From NCBI GenBank assembly GCA_039587355.1, contig JBDHIO010000013.1:9847-73846 (forward strand): a DNA stretch of 64,000 bases, in the 5' to 3' direction. The notes beneath the pieces are model-generated. The model saw only the letters and a list, made by a program, of their open reading frames with translations, did not search any database and had not been told where the DNA came from. The position numbers were made by a program, and so were the translations under genes. The stretch comes from Gemmatimonadota bacterium. Its GTDB lineage: Bacteria > Gemmatimonadota > Gemmatimonadetes > Palauibacterales > Palauibacteraceae. Each line of letters begins with the position of its first letter. Position 1 is the first letter of the stretch. This document shows, piece by piece, positions 27,022 through 36,024 of this stretch.

Positions 27022-27243
27022 GTGGATAGTTCCGGGAAGCCGTCGTCGCGAGACAAGGTGCGCAGGCATCGGGAGCGGCTGCGGAAGCAGGGGCTGCGGC
27101 CCATCCAGATCTGGGTGCCGGATGTGCGGGCCCCGGAGTTCGCGGCGGAGGCCCGGCGACAATCCCGTGCCGTCGCCGGGAGCCCCCTCGCACGGGATAA
27201 CCAGTCGTTTATCGACTCGGTGTCGGTGCTCGAGGGCGGGTGA
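27022..27243 (+). CDS. Type II antitoxin (MazE-like; resembles the DUF3018 family, from memory)
   Basis: GTG start, 73 aa. RRHRERLRKQGLRPIQIWVPDVRAPEFAAEARRQS. Overlaps the toxin start. Confidence 0.8.
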   Translation: MDSSGKPSSRDKVRRHRERLRKQGLRPIQIWVPDVRAPEFAAEARRQSRAVAGSPLARDNQSFIDSVSVLEGG

Positions 27244-27581
27244 ACCGCGGCGAGATCTGGACGCTCTCCGGCGGCGGCGCCCACACGGGAAAACCCCGTC
27301 CGGCCGTCATCGTGCAGGAAGACAGCTTCGACTCGACCGATTCGGTGACGGTCTGCGCGTTCACATCCGATCCGACCGAGGCCCCGCTGTTTCGCGTCAG
27401 AATCGACCCGTCCGAAACCAATGGGCTGCGCGAACGGTCCAGCCTCATGGTCGACAAGATCACCACGGTCCGTCGCGACCGGCTGGGTTACAGCGTGGGT
27501 CGCCTCGAACTGGAAGACGTCGTCCGGCTCAACCGCGCGTTGATGGTGTTTCTCGGGCTTGCCGTGTCGCCGCGCGCCTGA
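27240..27581 (+). CDS. PemK/MazF-family toxin (endoribonuclease fold)
   Basis: GTG start, 113 aa. RGEIW......G..TGKPRPAVIVQ, V.VC..TS, MVDKITTV. Confidence 0.85.
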   Translation: MNRGEIWTLSGGGAHTGKPRPAVIVQEDSFDSTDSVTVCAFTSDPTEAPLFRVRIDPSETNGLRERSSLMVDKITTVRRDRLGYSVGRLELEDVVRLNRALMVFLGLAVSPRA

Positions 27582-27603
27582 GGCGGCCCCTGGCGGACCG
27601 GCG

Positions 27604-28320
27604 TCAGTCGTCGCGGGTTCCCGCGATCCGTGCGACCTCATCGACCACGGATTCGAGCTTCGCGGCCTCGGAGTCCGAAACCCGGTTCAGAACCATGCGC
27701 AGAATGAGGAGGAGCGTCGGCACGAGCACCGTGAAGAACACCATGCCGACCGCGATCGCGGCGTCAGCGGCCTGAGTGAACCCGACGACCGAGAGGAAGC
27801 CACCGATCACGGTGACGGGGACATACATGATCGTCCGGAGGCCCGTGAGGTTCACCGAGCCACGCACCGTGGTCTCGCCGCCCCGAGAGGACACCGTCAC
27901 GTAACGGGCCCTCGTCTCCGACGTGGAGCCCCACTCCAGCGCGCCGAATACGCCCTGGTCCGGATCGCCCTTCGTGCCGAACGAGCCGCGGATTGCCGCG
28001 AGGATTTCCGGATCGGCCTCGGGCGTGTAATCACCCGTCACCGTCCGCTCGACGCTCAAGACCGCCGGGCCGCCGAGAAGGCCTCTCCCCGTCTTCGTGG
28101 TAGCAGGCGCGGTTGTCCCTCTGCGCGCGAGCGCTCGGGCCGCGGACTCCACGCGACGGGGGTCGATGCCGACTTCCTCGCCGATCGTCTTGAGCTCGGC
28201 GAGCGACACACCGTCCGTGGCCGAGAGTGATCCAGACGATTCGGGGGCCAGGGCATCCTCGAGGATCTCGCGGACCTGCTCCTCGGAGAAACGCACATCA
28301 TCGAAACGTCCGTCGCTCAA
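27604..28320 (-). CDS. Hypothetical protein, family C: N-terminal helical SEEQVR...GIDP module plus C-terminal TM hairpin
   Basis: TTG at 28320 overlaps the family-B stop (TTGA); alternative GTG at 28296. C-terminal TMs MYVPVTVIGGFLSVVGF and AIAVGMVFFTVLVPTLLLIL. The upstream part of ORF 27604..28566 overlaps the preceding gene. Confidence 0.55.
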   Translation of the reverse strand: MSDGRFDDVRFSEEQVREILEDALAPESSGSLSATDGVSLAELKTIGEEVGIDPRRVESAARALARRGTTAPATTKTGRGLLGGPAVLSVERTVTGDYTPEADPEILAAIRGSFGTKGDPDQGVFGALEWGSTSETRARYVTVSSRGGETTVRGSVNLTGLRTIMYVPVTVIGGFLSVVGFTQAADAAIAVGMVFFTVLVPTLLLILRMVLNRVSDSEAAKLESVVDEVARIAGTRDD

Positions 28321-28910
28321 CCCTGCACTCCCTCGATCACGGGGCGGTTCACCCAGAAGAAAAACACGGTCCACACAAAGACGATCAGGCCGAACGGGCC
28401 ATGGAACCGGCGACTGTCGGTTCTCATACCCACGAGCGAGCCGATCAATAGAAACGTACGCAGCGTGACGTACCCCAGTCCGAGGTCGAGCACGTTCTCC
28501 AGCCCCTTCACGGCGCTGTCGGCGAAATCGATCAAGATCAGCGCGATCACCCCGGCGAAGAACCACCTCCTCAACGACATGAAGTACGTGCCGAAGTCGG
28601 ACACCTTATCGAGGTCGCTGGGGATCAGGACCACGCACATGAGGTACATGGTCACCGCGTAGAAGATCAGGAACACGAAGATCACGAGGTCCCACTCGAA
28701 CCTCGATGTCCAGGAGTAGCTGTACCACCAGAAGAAGACGATCCAGCTGAAGATGTGAGCGACCCAGACGCCGTGGATCCAGTCGAGGCGGATCGGAACT
28801 CCGTGCCCGGCGAGCCGGTGGACTACCCGGCCCCCGCCGGCCAGTACGTGGGTGAGCGCCAGCCCCAGCACGATCGCCGGCGGGATCATGACGTACTCGA
28901 ACAGGCTCAA
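28317..28910 (-). CDS. Hypothetical polytopic membrane protein, paralog family B (copy 1 of 3)
   Basis: TTG start gives MSLFEY..., matching MSEFEL and MSSFEY in the other copies. Conserved IRLDW / W-rich second helix. About 6 TM. Confidence 0.65.
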   Translation of the reverse strand: MSLFEYVMIPPAIVLGLALTHVLAGGGRVVHRLAGHGVPIRLDWIHGVWVAHIFSWIVFFWWYSYSWTSRFEWDLVIFVFLIFYAVTMYLMCVVLIPSDLDKVSDFGTYFMSLRRWFFAGVIALILIDFADSAVKGLENVLDLGLGYVTLRTFLLIGSLVGMRTDSRRFHGPFGLIVFVWTVFFFWVNRPVIEGVQG

Positions 28911-28925
28911 CGGGCGAACCCGGCT

Positions 28926-29423
28926 TCAGTCATCGGCGTGTTGCCACCGGCGGTAGGAGGGAAGCCCGTTCAGGACCTGCTGGATATGGAGCTGGAAGTC
29001 GCTCGAGAACCAGTTGCCTCGCAGTTCCCACCAGTCCGCGAATCCCGGAGACCCCATCAGGGCATGGCATTGTTCCTTGATGGCTTCCCAGGTCCAGTCG
29101 TCCACCAGGCCGTCGCCGCGGTAGTAGAAGATCTCCTCGTAGGGGCGCATGATGCTGAGCATTAGAGCGGAGAATCGGACCTGGTCGATCTCGTCGACCA
29201 GGGCATCGACGCCCTTCGATCCCTCGACCCAGACGCCCGCGTGCTCCCTGGTGGCCGACATGCTGGTCCAGACGGTGTTCATCTGGTTCACGACGGACTG
29301 AATCGCGGCCTGACGAGCCTGCCTGCCGGAACTCCGCACCTGACCGGCGAGGTAGACCAGCGAGGCGATCACGCCGATGGCGGCAAGCAATTCGGCCACC
29401 GCGGCGACTGCGTTCCAGTTCAT
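28926..29423 (-). CDS. Hypothetical N-terminally anchored protein, paralog family A (copy 2 of 3)
   Basis: ATG at 29423 overlaps the kinase stop (ATGA). MNWNAVAAVAELLAAIGVIASLVYLAGQVRSS; PGFADWW..RGNWF..DF. The upstream part of ORF 28926..30098 is out of the kinase frame and rejected. Confidence 0.65.
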   Translation of the reverse strand: MNWNAVAAVAELLAAIGVIASLVYLAGQVRSSGRQARQAAIQSVVNQMNTVWTSMSATREHAGVWVEGSKGVDALVDEIDQVRFSALMLSIMRPYEEIFYYRGDGLVDDWTWEAIKEQCHALMGSPGFADWWELRGNWFSSDFQLHIQQVLNGLPSYRRWQHADD

Positions 29424-32080
29424 CGGTCGAGTGACTCCCCTGTAGCCTCCTGGACCCAGTTCCGAACCAGAATGAGCTGAACGCCGCCCACCGCCCCTTC
29501 GAGTCTGGAGAACAGGAACCGCCCGTCCGGCGCGACATCCCAGAGGCGGCGTTGGGTGTCGAGATGGACGCCCGTGGAGATTTCGAAGAGCCGCTCCCTG
29601 GACTCCACGACGAAACTCGAGGCGTCGTACGCCACCGCGGCGGCCCACATCCAGCCATCGCTTCCTATGTAGAACACCTCTGTCCCATCCCGCGACCATG
29701 CGGGCTGACTCGCCCCCTCGATGGACACGGATTCGACCCGTCCGCCATCCGGATAGGGCTGGGCGTACACCTCCGAACGACCGGACTGATCGGACGAGTA
29801 CACCAGCCAGTTGCCGTCCGGCGACGGCTCCGGCGAGCGTTCGTTGAACTCGCGGTCCAGCCAGGGGCTGGGGACGCTGTCCTGACCCGGGATGAACCGG
29901 AAGATGCTCCTCACGGACACGCCCCTCGCGCGGACCAGCAGCTCTGTTCCGTCCCGGGTCCACCAGCCATCCGCCGGGCCTGTGGGCAACGCGACGAGCG
30001 GACTCGGCGCGCCGGCCCCGGTCGTCGGGATGGTCATGAGCCAGGGGTCGTCGTCGAGTCTTCCGACGAAGGAGATCAGCGGCTCCGTCGGATGCCACTG
30101 GGGCCGGGTACTCAGTCCGTCGCGGGTCAGCGGCAGCCGGGCGCGACCCTGCAGGTCGAACAGCCAGATGTCACCGTCACTCGTGCTCGATCCGGGCGAC
30201 CATCCGGCGACGACCGAGTCTCCCGAGGCAGACAGAGCGAGCCCGTCGAAGCTTCCGCTCTCCAGCCACTCGATCGGCTCCGCTCGCCCGGTCCGGTCGA
30301 TCCAGACGAGCTGCTCGGCGCCACCCGTGCCGCCGCTCGCGTACAGGAGGGTTCCGTCGACCGCGAACGAGAACTCGCCTCCGTTGCCGCTCGCGCCCAC
30401 CAGATCAGAGGTCGTGACGGCCGGCCCGGTCGTCTCCAGCGTCTCTGCATCGAACGGCTGGGCGATGAGCACGTCGTCCTCGGAGCGTCGGTAGATGAGG
30501 TGGCCTGTGTCCAGATACCGGGCACCCCTCCCTTCGCCGACGACCCGCACTTCCTCCGAGTCGGCATCCCAGACGTAGATGCTGGCGTCCGCGACCGCTC
30601 TCGCCATCAGAACCCCTCGTCCACCGGGAAGCACGTCGGTCACCCCGCCGCGCCCGTCCACCGTACCTACCGACTCGGGGTCGGCGGTACCCGGCGTCCA
30701 CCGCAGGATCGCGCCATCGGATTCGTAGTAGATCGCGCCGTCATCTCCCCATTCGAACCTGATGGGAGCCTCGAGCCACTCCGGCGTGCCTCCCCCGGCG
30801 GGCATCACCCCGATCTGACCTCGGTCGTTACTACGGAAGGCCAGCCACGTACCGTCGCGCGAGTACTTCGGGGCCATCGCACTCTCGGTTCCCTGGATCG
30901 GGGTCGCCTCGAGTTCGTCCAGTCGCCTTCGCAGCAGGCGATAGCTCCCCGTCGCCGGGTCCGGCGATCGGTAGACGAGCTCCGAGCCGTCCGGGCTGAC
31001 CGCGCTGGCTCGGGTGCCGGCGAACATCGCCGACTTCGAGAACTCCTGGCCCTCGGGAAGGTGGATGGCGACACGGGTGACAGGCGCTTCGCTGGCGTCA
31101 CGACCCGAGGGAAGAAGCGCGACCGCCGTGGCGACGGCCGCGATGGCCCAGGGAATCGCCGCGATCCAGCGTCTCGAGGTGGCGGTCGGATTCGTGGCCT
31201 CCGTAACGTCGACCGGTGCCGTCTCGGCGGCGGTCACGTGCGCGAAGGCCACGTCGTCGAGGGCTTCGGAGAACGCGGCAGCCGTGGAGAACCGGTCCGC
31301 AGGCAGGCGTTCCAGCCCTCTGGCGATCGCCGAGCCGACATGCGGAGGCACCGTCTCCCGGAGGTCGGTGACGGCCCGAGGCTTCTCCGTCAGGATCTTC
31401 GCGAGCACGGCCTGGGCGCTCGAGCCGGTGTGCGGCGGGTCGCCGATGAGCATCTCGTAGAGGATGCAGGCGAGCGAGTACACGTCGCTCTGCGGCCCGG
31501 GGTCCCGGTCCGCGGCCGCCTGCTCGGGGCTCATGTAGTACGGCGTGCCGAGGCTCAGACCTGTCTCGGTCAGCCGCCCGCCCCCCGCGGCCGTCACCGC
31601 GAGCGCGATGCCGAAGTCCGCGACGAGAGGCTCCCCGTCGTGGAGCAGGACGTTCTCCGGCTTCACATCCCGGTGGATGACGCCATGGCGGTGCGCATAG
31701 TCGAGGGCGCTGGAGATCGACTTCGTCATCCGCACCGCCTCCTCGACCCCGAGCTGCTTGTCGCGGTCGATTCGCGCCCGGAGCGTCTCCCCCTCCACGT
31801 AAGGCATCACGTAGAACAGAAAGCCATCCGCCTCGCCCGAGTCGAATAGCGGGAGGATGTGCGGGTGCTGCAGGTTCGCGGTCGTCTTGATCTCGCCGAG
31901 GAAACGTTCCCCTCCGACGACCGCCGCCAACTCGGGCTTGAGGACCTTGAGCGCCACCTTCCGCTCATGCTTGAGGTCGTCGGCGAGATAGACGGTCGCC
32001 ATCCCGCCCTCGCCGAGCTGGGATTCGACGCGATAACGCCCTTCCAGAGCGTCGTTCAGGCGCGTGAGGACGTCGGACAT
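29420..32080 (-). CDS. Ser/Thr protein kinase with TM segment and TolB/PD40-type beta-propeller ectodomain
   Basis: 886 aa. Hanks motifs GEGGMATVY, VALK, HRDVKPENVLL, DFGIA, GTPYYMSPEQ. TM IAAIPWAIAAVATAVALL. C-terminal repeats of the S.DG..L.Y type. Confidence 0.9.
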   Translation of the reverse strand: MSDVLTRLNDALEGRYRVESQLGEGGMATVYLADDLKHERKVALKVLKPELAAVVGGERFLGEIKTTANLQHPHILPLFDSGEADGFLFYVMPYVEGETLRARIDRDKQLGVEEAVRMTKSISSALDYAHRHGVIHRDVKPENVLLHDGEPLVADFGIALAVTAAGGGRLTETGLSLGTPYYMSPEQAAADRDPGPQSDVYSLACILYEMLIGDPPHTGSSAQAVLAKILTEKPRAVTDLRETVPPHVGSAIARGLERLPADRFSTAAAFSEALDDVAFAHVTAAETAPVDVTEATNPTATSRRWIAAIPWAIAAVATAVALLPSGRDASEAPVTRVAIHLPEGQEFSKSAMFAGTRASAVSPDGSELVYRSPDPATGSYRLLRRRLDELEATPIQGTESAMAPKYSRDGTWLAFRSNDRGQIGVMPAGGGTPEWLEAPIRFEWGDDGAIYYESDGAILRWTPGTADPESVGTVDGRGGVTDVLPGGRGVLMARAVADASIYVWDADSEEVRVVGEGRGARYLDTGHLIYRRSEDDVLIAQPFDAETLETTGPAVTTSDLVGASGNGGEFSFAVDGTLLYASGGTGGAEQLVWIDRTGRAEPIEWLESGSFDGLALSASGDSVVAGWSPGSSTSDGDIWLFDLQGRARLPLTRDGLSTRPQWHPTEPLISFVGRLDDDPWLMTIPTTGAGAPSPLVALPTGPADGWWTRDGTELLVRARGVSVRSIFRFIPGQDSVPSPWLDREFNERSPEPSPDGNWLVYSSDQSGRSEVYAQPYPDGGRVESVSIEGASQPAWSRDGTEVFYIGSDGWMWAAAVAYDASSFVVESRERLFEISTGVHLDTQRRLWDVAPDGRFLFSRLEGAVGGVQLILVRNWVQEATGESLDR

Positions 32081-32274
32081 CGCGGGTCCGGGGGTTCGGG
32101 TGTGCCGGCAGCGTCCATTCGGCGGGTCGAGACCGTCAGCCTGCCGGATTCTAACATGGTCGGCAGGTCGGAACCGCGCGACCTCGACCGCACGCGTTGG
32201 TTGATCGCGAGCGGCCAGCGAACAAAGGTTGCGGTCTCCGGGAAGGGCACCCGGTCTACCCGAAGGAGGTCGTT

Positions 32275-32742
32275 ATGAGGTTCGCCAGCCGCGCTGTTCT
32301 GTCCGCCGCCGCCATCGTCGCCGCGTGTGCCGCCTCGTTCGGGGCCGGCCTGCGGGCGCAGGGGCCGCAGGAATCCATCGAAGGGGCGCGGTTCCAGAGC
32401 GGTCCGGGGGGGCTGACACTCGACGTGTTGTTTCACGGCGAGGCGCGGGACGTCCCGGTGGATATCGGGATCCTGACCTTTCCGGAGGGCACGAACACCG
32501 GGGGCCACCAGCACCCGCAGACCGAGATCTTCTACGTCGTCGAGGGCCAGCTCGAGCACGTCGTGAACGGCGAGAGCACGTTTCTCGATCCGGGCGAGCT
32601 CGGCTTCGTGAGCCCTCCGGACTTCGTGAACCACGTCACCGCCGACGGAATCGGACCCACGCGCGCTTTAGTGATCTGGGCCCCGGCCGGGAACGCCGGC
32701 AGCATCGCGTCGCGGTGGGAGCGCGTGGGCGGAGAGCGCTGA
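32275..32742 (+). CDS. Secreted cupin-domain protein
   Basis: ATG at 32275 after GGAGG. Signal VLSAAAIVAACAASFGAG. Cupin motifs GGHQHPQTEIFYVVEG and H.V.A. Confidence 0.7.
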   Translation: MRFASRAVLSAAAIVAACAASFGAGLRAQGPQESIEGARFQSGPGGLTLDVLFHGEARDVPVDIGILTFPEGTNTGGHQHPQTEIFYVVEGQLEHVVNGESTFLDPGELGFVSPPDFVNHVTADGIGPTRALVIWAPAGNAGSIASRWERVGGER

Positions 32743-32757
32743 GGGAGTCCGGTCGCG

Positions 32758-33870
32758 TCAGCGTCCCTCGAGCGCGATCCACGCGAGATCGAAGGCGATC
32801 TCCTCGGTATTCGTGTTCGACCAGTTGCTCGCGATCACGACGCCGATGTCGTCGTCCGGCATGAGGAGGATGTAGCTCCGGAACCCGGTGTCCCCGCCGC
32901 CGTGCATCACAACGCGATGACCTTCCTCCTCCAACAGGAACCAGCTGAGACCGACCGAAAGCCCGTCCTCTCGGCTGTCGGTCGTGGCCGTCCAGAGAAG
33001 GTCGTAGCTCTCCCGCCGGAGTATGCGCGTACCGTCGAGTTCTCCCCAGCCCAGATTGACGAGCATCCAGCGGGTCATCTGCGACACGCTCGAATTCAGG
33101 GTGGAGCTCGGGGCATGTCGCCGGTTGTAGGGGTAGACGTCGCTGACGCGCGCGGGCGAGCCGACATGCCCGCTGGTCCGCAGTTCTTCGTCGATCTCGG
33201 GGTGGATGAACGAGCTCTCGTCCATGCCGATCGGTGCGAGGATGTTCGCTCGCACGTACTCCTCGAAGCTCACGCCGGCCACCTTCGCGATCACATCGCC
33301 CAGCGCGTCGAACGCCTTGTTGCTGTAGCGAATCCCCTCGCCCGGCCCCCAGAGCATCCCGTCGACGGCCATCTCCCGGACGTAGCGCTCGGCGGCCCCC
33401 TCGTCGAACTGCGGCGAGCCCCACTCGTAGTCGGGCACATCCACCATCCCGGCGGTGTGATTGAGCATCTGCTGGATCGTGATCGACCGGTACCGCTCGT
33501 CCGCGAGGCGGAAGTACGGCAGATGATCGGTCACGCGGTCGTCGAGGCTCAGCTTTCCGGCTTCGACGAGCTGCACGATCGCGGTCGCCACGAACGGCTT
33601 CGAGACGGATGCGAAGTGGAAGACGTGGTTCGGGGTGAGCTCCTGATCGCCGCCGAGTCGTCGGACCCCGACCGCTCCCTCGTAGATGACCCGGCCGCCC
33701 CGCACGACCGCCGCCGTGAGCCCCGGGGTGCCGTTCTCCTCGGCGAACTCGGTGAGATAGGCGTCCATCCGGCTCGCGACATCCTGTCCAAAGGCCCCGC
33801 TCGGGCCGGCGACCGCGAGGACGCTGGCCAACAGTGCGGGCACGGGACGAAACAGCTTGAAAGGAACCAC
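32758..33870 (-). CDS. Serine hydrolase of the beta-lactamase (class C / esterase) family, secreted
   Basis: 370 aa, signal peptide. S-x-x-K motif FHFASVSKPF, YSN motif RYSNKAF. Confidence 0.85.
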   Translation of the reverse strand: MVPFKLFRPVPALLASVLAVAGPSGAFGQDVASRMDAYLTEFAEENGTPGLTAAVVRGGRVIYEGAVGVRRLGGDQELTPNHVFHFASVSKPFVATAIVQLVEAGKLSLDDRVTDHLPYFRLADERYRSITIQQMLNHTAGMVDVPDYEWGSPQFDEGAAERYVREMAVDGMLWGPGEGIRYSNKAFDALGDVIAKVAGVSFEEYVRANILAPIGMDESSFIHPEIDEELRTSGHVGSPARVSDVYPYNRRHAPSSTLNSSVSQMTRWMLVNLGWGELDGTRILRRESYDLLWTATTDSREDGLSVGLSWFLLEEEGHRVVMHGGGDTGFRSYILLMPDDDIGVVIASNWSNTNTEEIAFDLAWIALEGR

Positions 33871-33873
33871 TGA

Positions 33874-34488
33874 TCAACTCCCCTTCGGACGAGCGAGCGG
33901 CGCCACCGAGCTCCGGATCACGAGCCACTCGGCGATGATCAGGTTCGGCACCCAGCACATCCACGAGATCGCCGGATATGCCTCTTCGAAGGGGATACCG
34001 GCCATCTGGCTGAGCGGGAGTTGAAGCCTGAGGCTAACGGCCGCGAGACAGAGGGCGAAGCTCCGGATCATCCAGTCCCGATGAGATTCGAAGTCGCGAG
34101 CCCGCGCACGGGCCAGCGCGATCCCGGAGGTCCCGAGCCACAACACCGCGAGCATACCGAACCCGTAGTGCGCTGCGACGCCTCCATCCGAGAACGGCGC
34201 GAGCATCAACGCCGATACTCCGCTGATGAAGACGAAGATCATGTAGATCTTCCCGAGCAGGCGGTGGGTCTGAGGGCGGTTCCAGCGGATGCGGCTGCTG
34301 AACTGCAGGGCGCCGGCAACCATGGCGATCCCGCCCGCCGCCAGGTGGCCGAACGCCCGGAATGTCTTGTCCGCGAACAGGTCGTCAACGAATGGGCTTC
34401 GAAGCCCCGGCACGAACGCGCCGGCAAGCGCGTAGAGCGCGACCAGCGATCCGAGCAGGACCATGACGGACCAGCCGATCTTCTTCAT
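33874..34488 (-). CDS. Polytopic membrane protein (resembles the DUF2306 family, from memory)
   Basis: 204 aa, about 6 TM, conserved His residues (FGHLAAGG, HR.LG). Confidence 0.55.
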   Translation of the reverse strand: MKKIGWSVMVLLGSLVALYALAGAFVPGLRSPFVDDLFADKTFRAFGHLAAGGIAMVAGALQFSSRIRWNRPQTHRLLGKIYMIFVFISGVSALMLAPFSDGGVAAHYGFGMLAVLWLGTSGIALARARARDFESHRDWMIRSFALCLAAVSLRLQLPLSQMAGIPFEEAYPAISWMCWVPNLIIAEWLVIRSSVAPLARPKGS

Positions 34489-34519
34489 CGCTGAGCCCGC
34501 CCGGTGGCGTGGGTCGAGG

Positions 34520-34783
34520 TCATGCGTCCTCGGAAGGCGGGAGTTGAGGATCGGCCGGCGGCTGCCGCAGTTCCCTCAGGAACGAGACTTCCTCTTCCAG
34601 CTGCTCGATGCGTGACGTCAGGAGCTGGGTGTCATCTGCCATCTCGAGCAGACGCTGATCGTCCACCTCGCCGGGTTCGAGGTCCTTCGTCTTCCGGGTT
34701 ACCAGGGCTCTGAGGATAATCGTGCCCCAGACGCCTCCGAAGACCAGCGCGATCGCCACCCAAATCGTTATGAAGGGTTCCAT
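34520..34783 (-). CDS. Small single-TM protein with C-terminal coiled coil (PspB-like architecture)
   Basis: ATG at 34783. MEPFITIWVAIALVFGGVWGTIILRAL followed by an acidic helical segment ...LLTSRIEQLEEEVSFLREL. The assignment is architectural only. Confidence 0.4.
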   Translation of the reverse strand: MEPFITIWVAIALVFGGVWGTIILRALVTRKTKDLEPGEVDDQRLLEMADDTQLLTSRIEQLEEEVSFLRELRQPPADPQLPPSEDA

Positions 34784-34787
34784 GTGT

Positions 34788-35339
34788 TCAATCTGATCCG
34801 GAGGCCTGGGGGGCGCGACCCGGCGATCGGCGAAGACGGCGCTTTCGCAGACCGGTGTCGCCGAACGGGACGGTCTCCGACCGTGGGTCCAGAGCGAAGC
34901 CCACCCGCTCGTAGAACCCGGCCGCTGCCTCGTTCTCCACGGCCACCCAGAGCACGACCTCCTCGAAGTCGCGGTCCCCGAGATCGCCAAGCGAGTGTTC
35001 GACCAGCCGGCGTCCGTGCCCTCGACCGGTGTGCTCGGGAAGGAGATAGATCGCGAAGAGTTCTGCGCACCGTGGGGCCACGTCCTCGTCCCGCGCTGCC
35101 GCCGTATACGCGATTCCGCAGATCGCGCCGTCGTGTTCAGCCACCCAGCACCGTCCGTCGGGATCCGACAGCCGCTCCTCCCACAATCGCTCGCGCGCTT
35201 CGACGTTGTCCGACGAAAGCAGGTCGGGGGACAGCAGTCGGCGGTAGGCGTGTCGGCGGGATCGCACGTGCACTTCGGCGATCGCCCGGGCGTCGCTCGG
35301 GGTCGCCTGACGCACGTCGACTGGATCGCGCGGCATCAT
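34788..35339 (-). CDS. GNAT family N-acetyltransferase
   Basis: 183 aa. LLPEHTGRGHGRRLVEH acetyl-CoA site; FYERVGF. Confidence 0.8.
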   Translation of the reverse strand: MMPRDPVDVRQATPSDARAIAEVHVRSRRHAYRRLLSPDLLSSDNVEARERLWEERLSDPDGRCWVAEHDGAICGIAYTAAARDEDVAPRCAELFAIYLLPEHTGRGHGRRLVEHSLGDLGDRDFEEVVLWVAVENEAAAGFYERVGFALDPRSETVPFGDTGLRKRRLRRSPGRAPQASGSD

Positions 35340-35428
35340 CGTCCCGCTAGGTCTGCCGGACCTTGTCGACGAACCGGTAGAGCGACCCCGAGTGGATCGC
35401 GCCCGGGGCGTCCCAGTTCACGCGGACG

Positions 35429-35785
35429 TCATCCCGATACGGCGATCATGTCGGCGTTCAGCATGTCCGGCGGGATCGAGGCGCCGCTGATGTTGACCTG
35501 CTCGAAGTAGTCGAGGAATCCCGCCTCCTTCGCCGCCGCCTCGAGCCGATCGCTGAAGGCCTTGTCCGGGACTCGCCAGGTGGCCGTGTAGCGATAGTCC
35601 ATCCGCTCGGAGCCCGTGTTGTCGTTGATCGCGCAGGCGAGGATCTCGGCGCCCTGCCCGATCAGCTCCATGAGCAGCGGTCCGATCTTCTCCTCGAAGT
35701 ACCGGGCCCGCTCCTCCTGCGGGAGTGCGATCCATGCGGGGCGCGGTCGCCAGATCTCGGTCAGGATGTATCCGCCATCGCTCAT
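35429..35785 (-). CDS. Small hypothetical protein (alpha+beta, possibly darcynin/EthD-like)
   Basis: ATG at 35785, 118 aa. No motif I can assign with confidence. Confidence 0.45.
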   Translation of the reverse strand: MSDGGYILTEIWRPRPAWIALPQEERARYFEEKIGPLLMELIGQGAEILACAINDNTGSERMDYRYTATWRVPDKAFSDRLEAAAKEAGFLDYFEQVNISGASIPPDMLNADMIAVSG

Positions 35786-36024
35786 GTCGTTCCTCGCTGT
35801 AGGAAGGTGAATGGTTCGTTCGGGACTCAGCGGTCGTCGTCGCTCATGATCCCGGCAGGATGTATATCCGTGCACGATGTCTGTCCACTCGAACGCGACT
35901 CACATTGCATGGACTCTCCTGTCATCCGGTTCGGGTACCGGTCAGCATGGAGAATACCTACGTGCGGAGCACGGGCGCGCCGCCGTTCGAGCATCCGGTC
36001 TTCAGGACCCGGCGAACGTCGCTC

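Noticed and set aside
25919-27193. 424-aa ORF suggesting a large protein ending in the GNAT domain.
   Set aside because: Only the last 148 codons look like protein (GNAT). The upstream part overlaps the family-A gene in another frame and is Arg/Gly/Pro-rich.
29552-31849. 765-aa plus-strand ORF opposite the Ser/Thr kinase.
   Set aside because: The kinase strand carries all the Hanks motifs. The antisense ORF has shadow-ORF composition.
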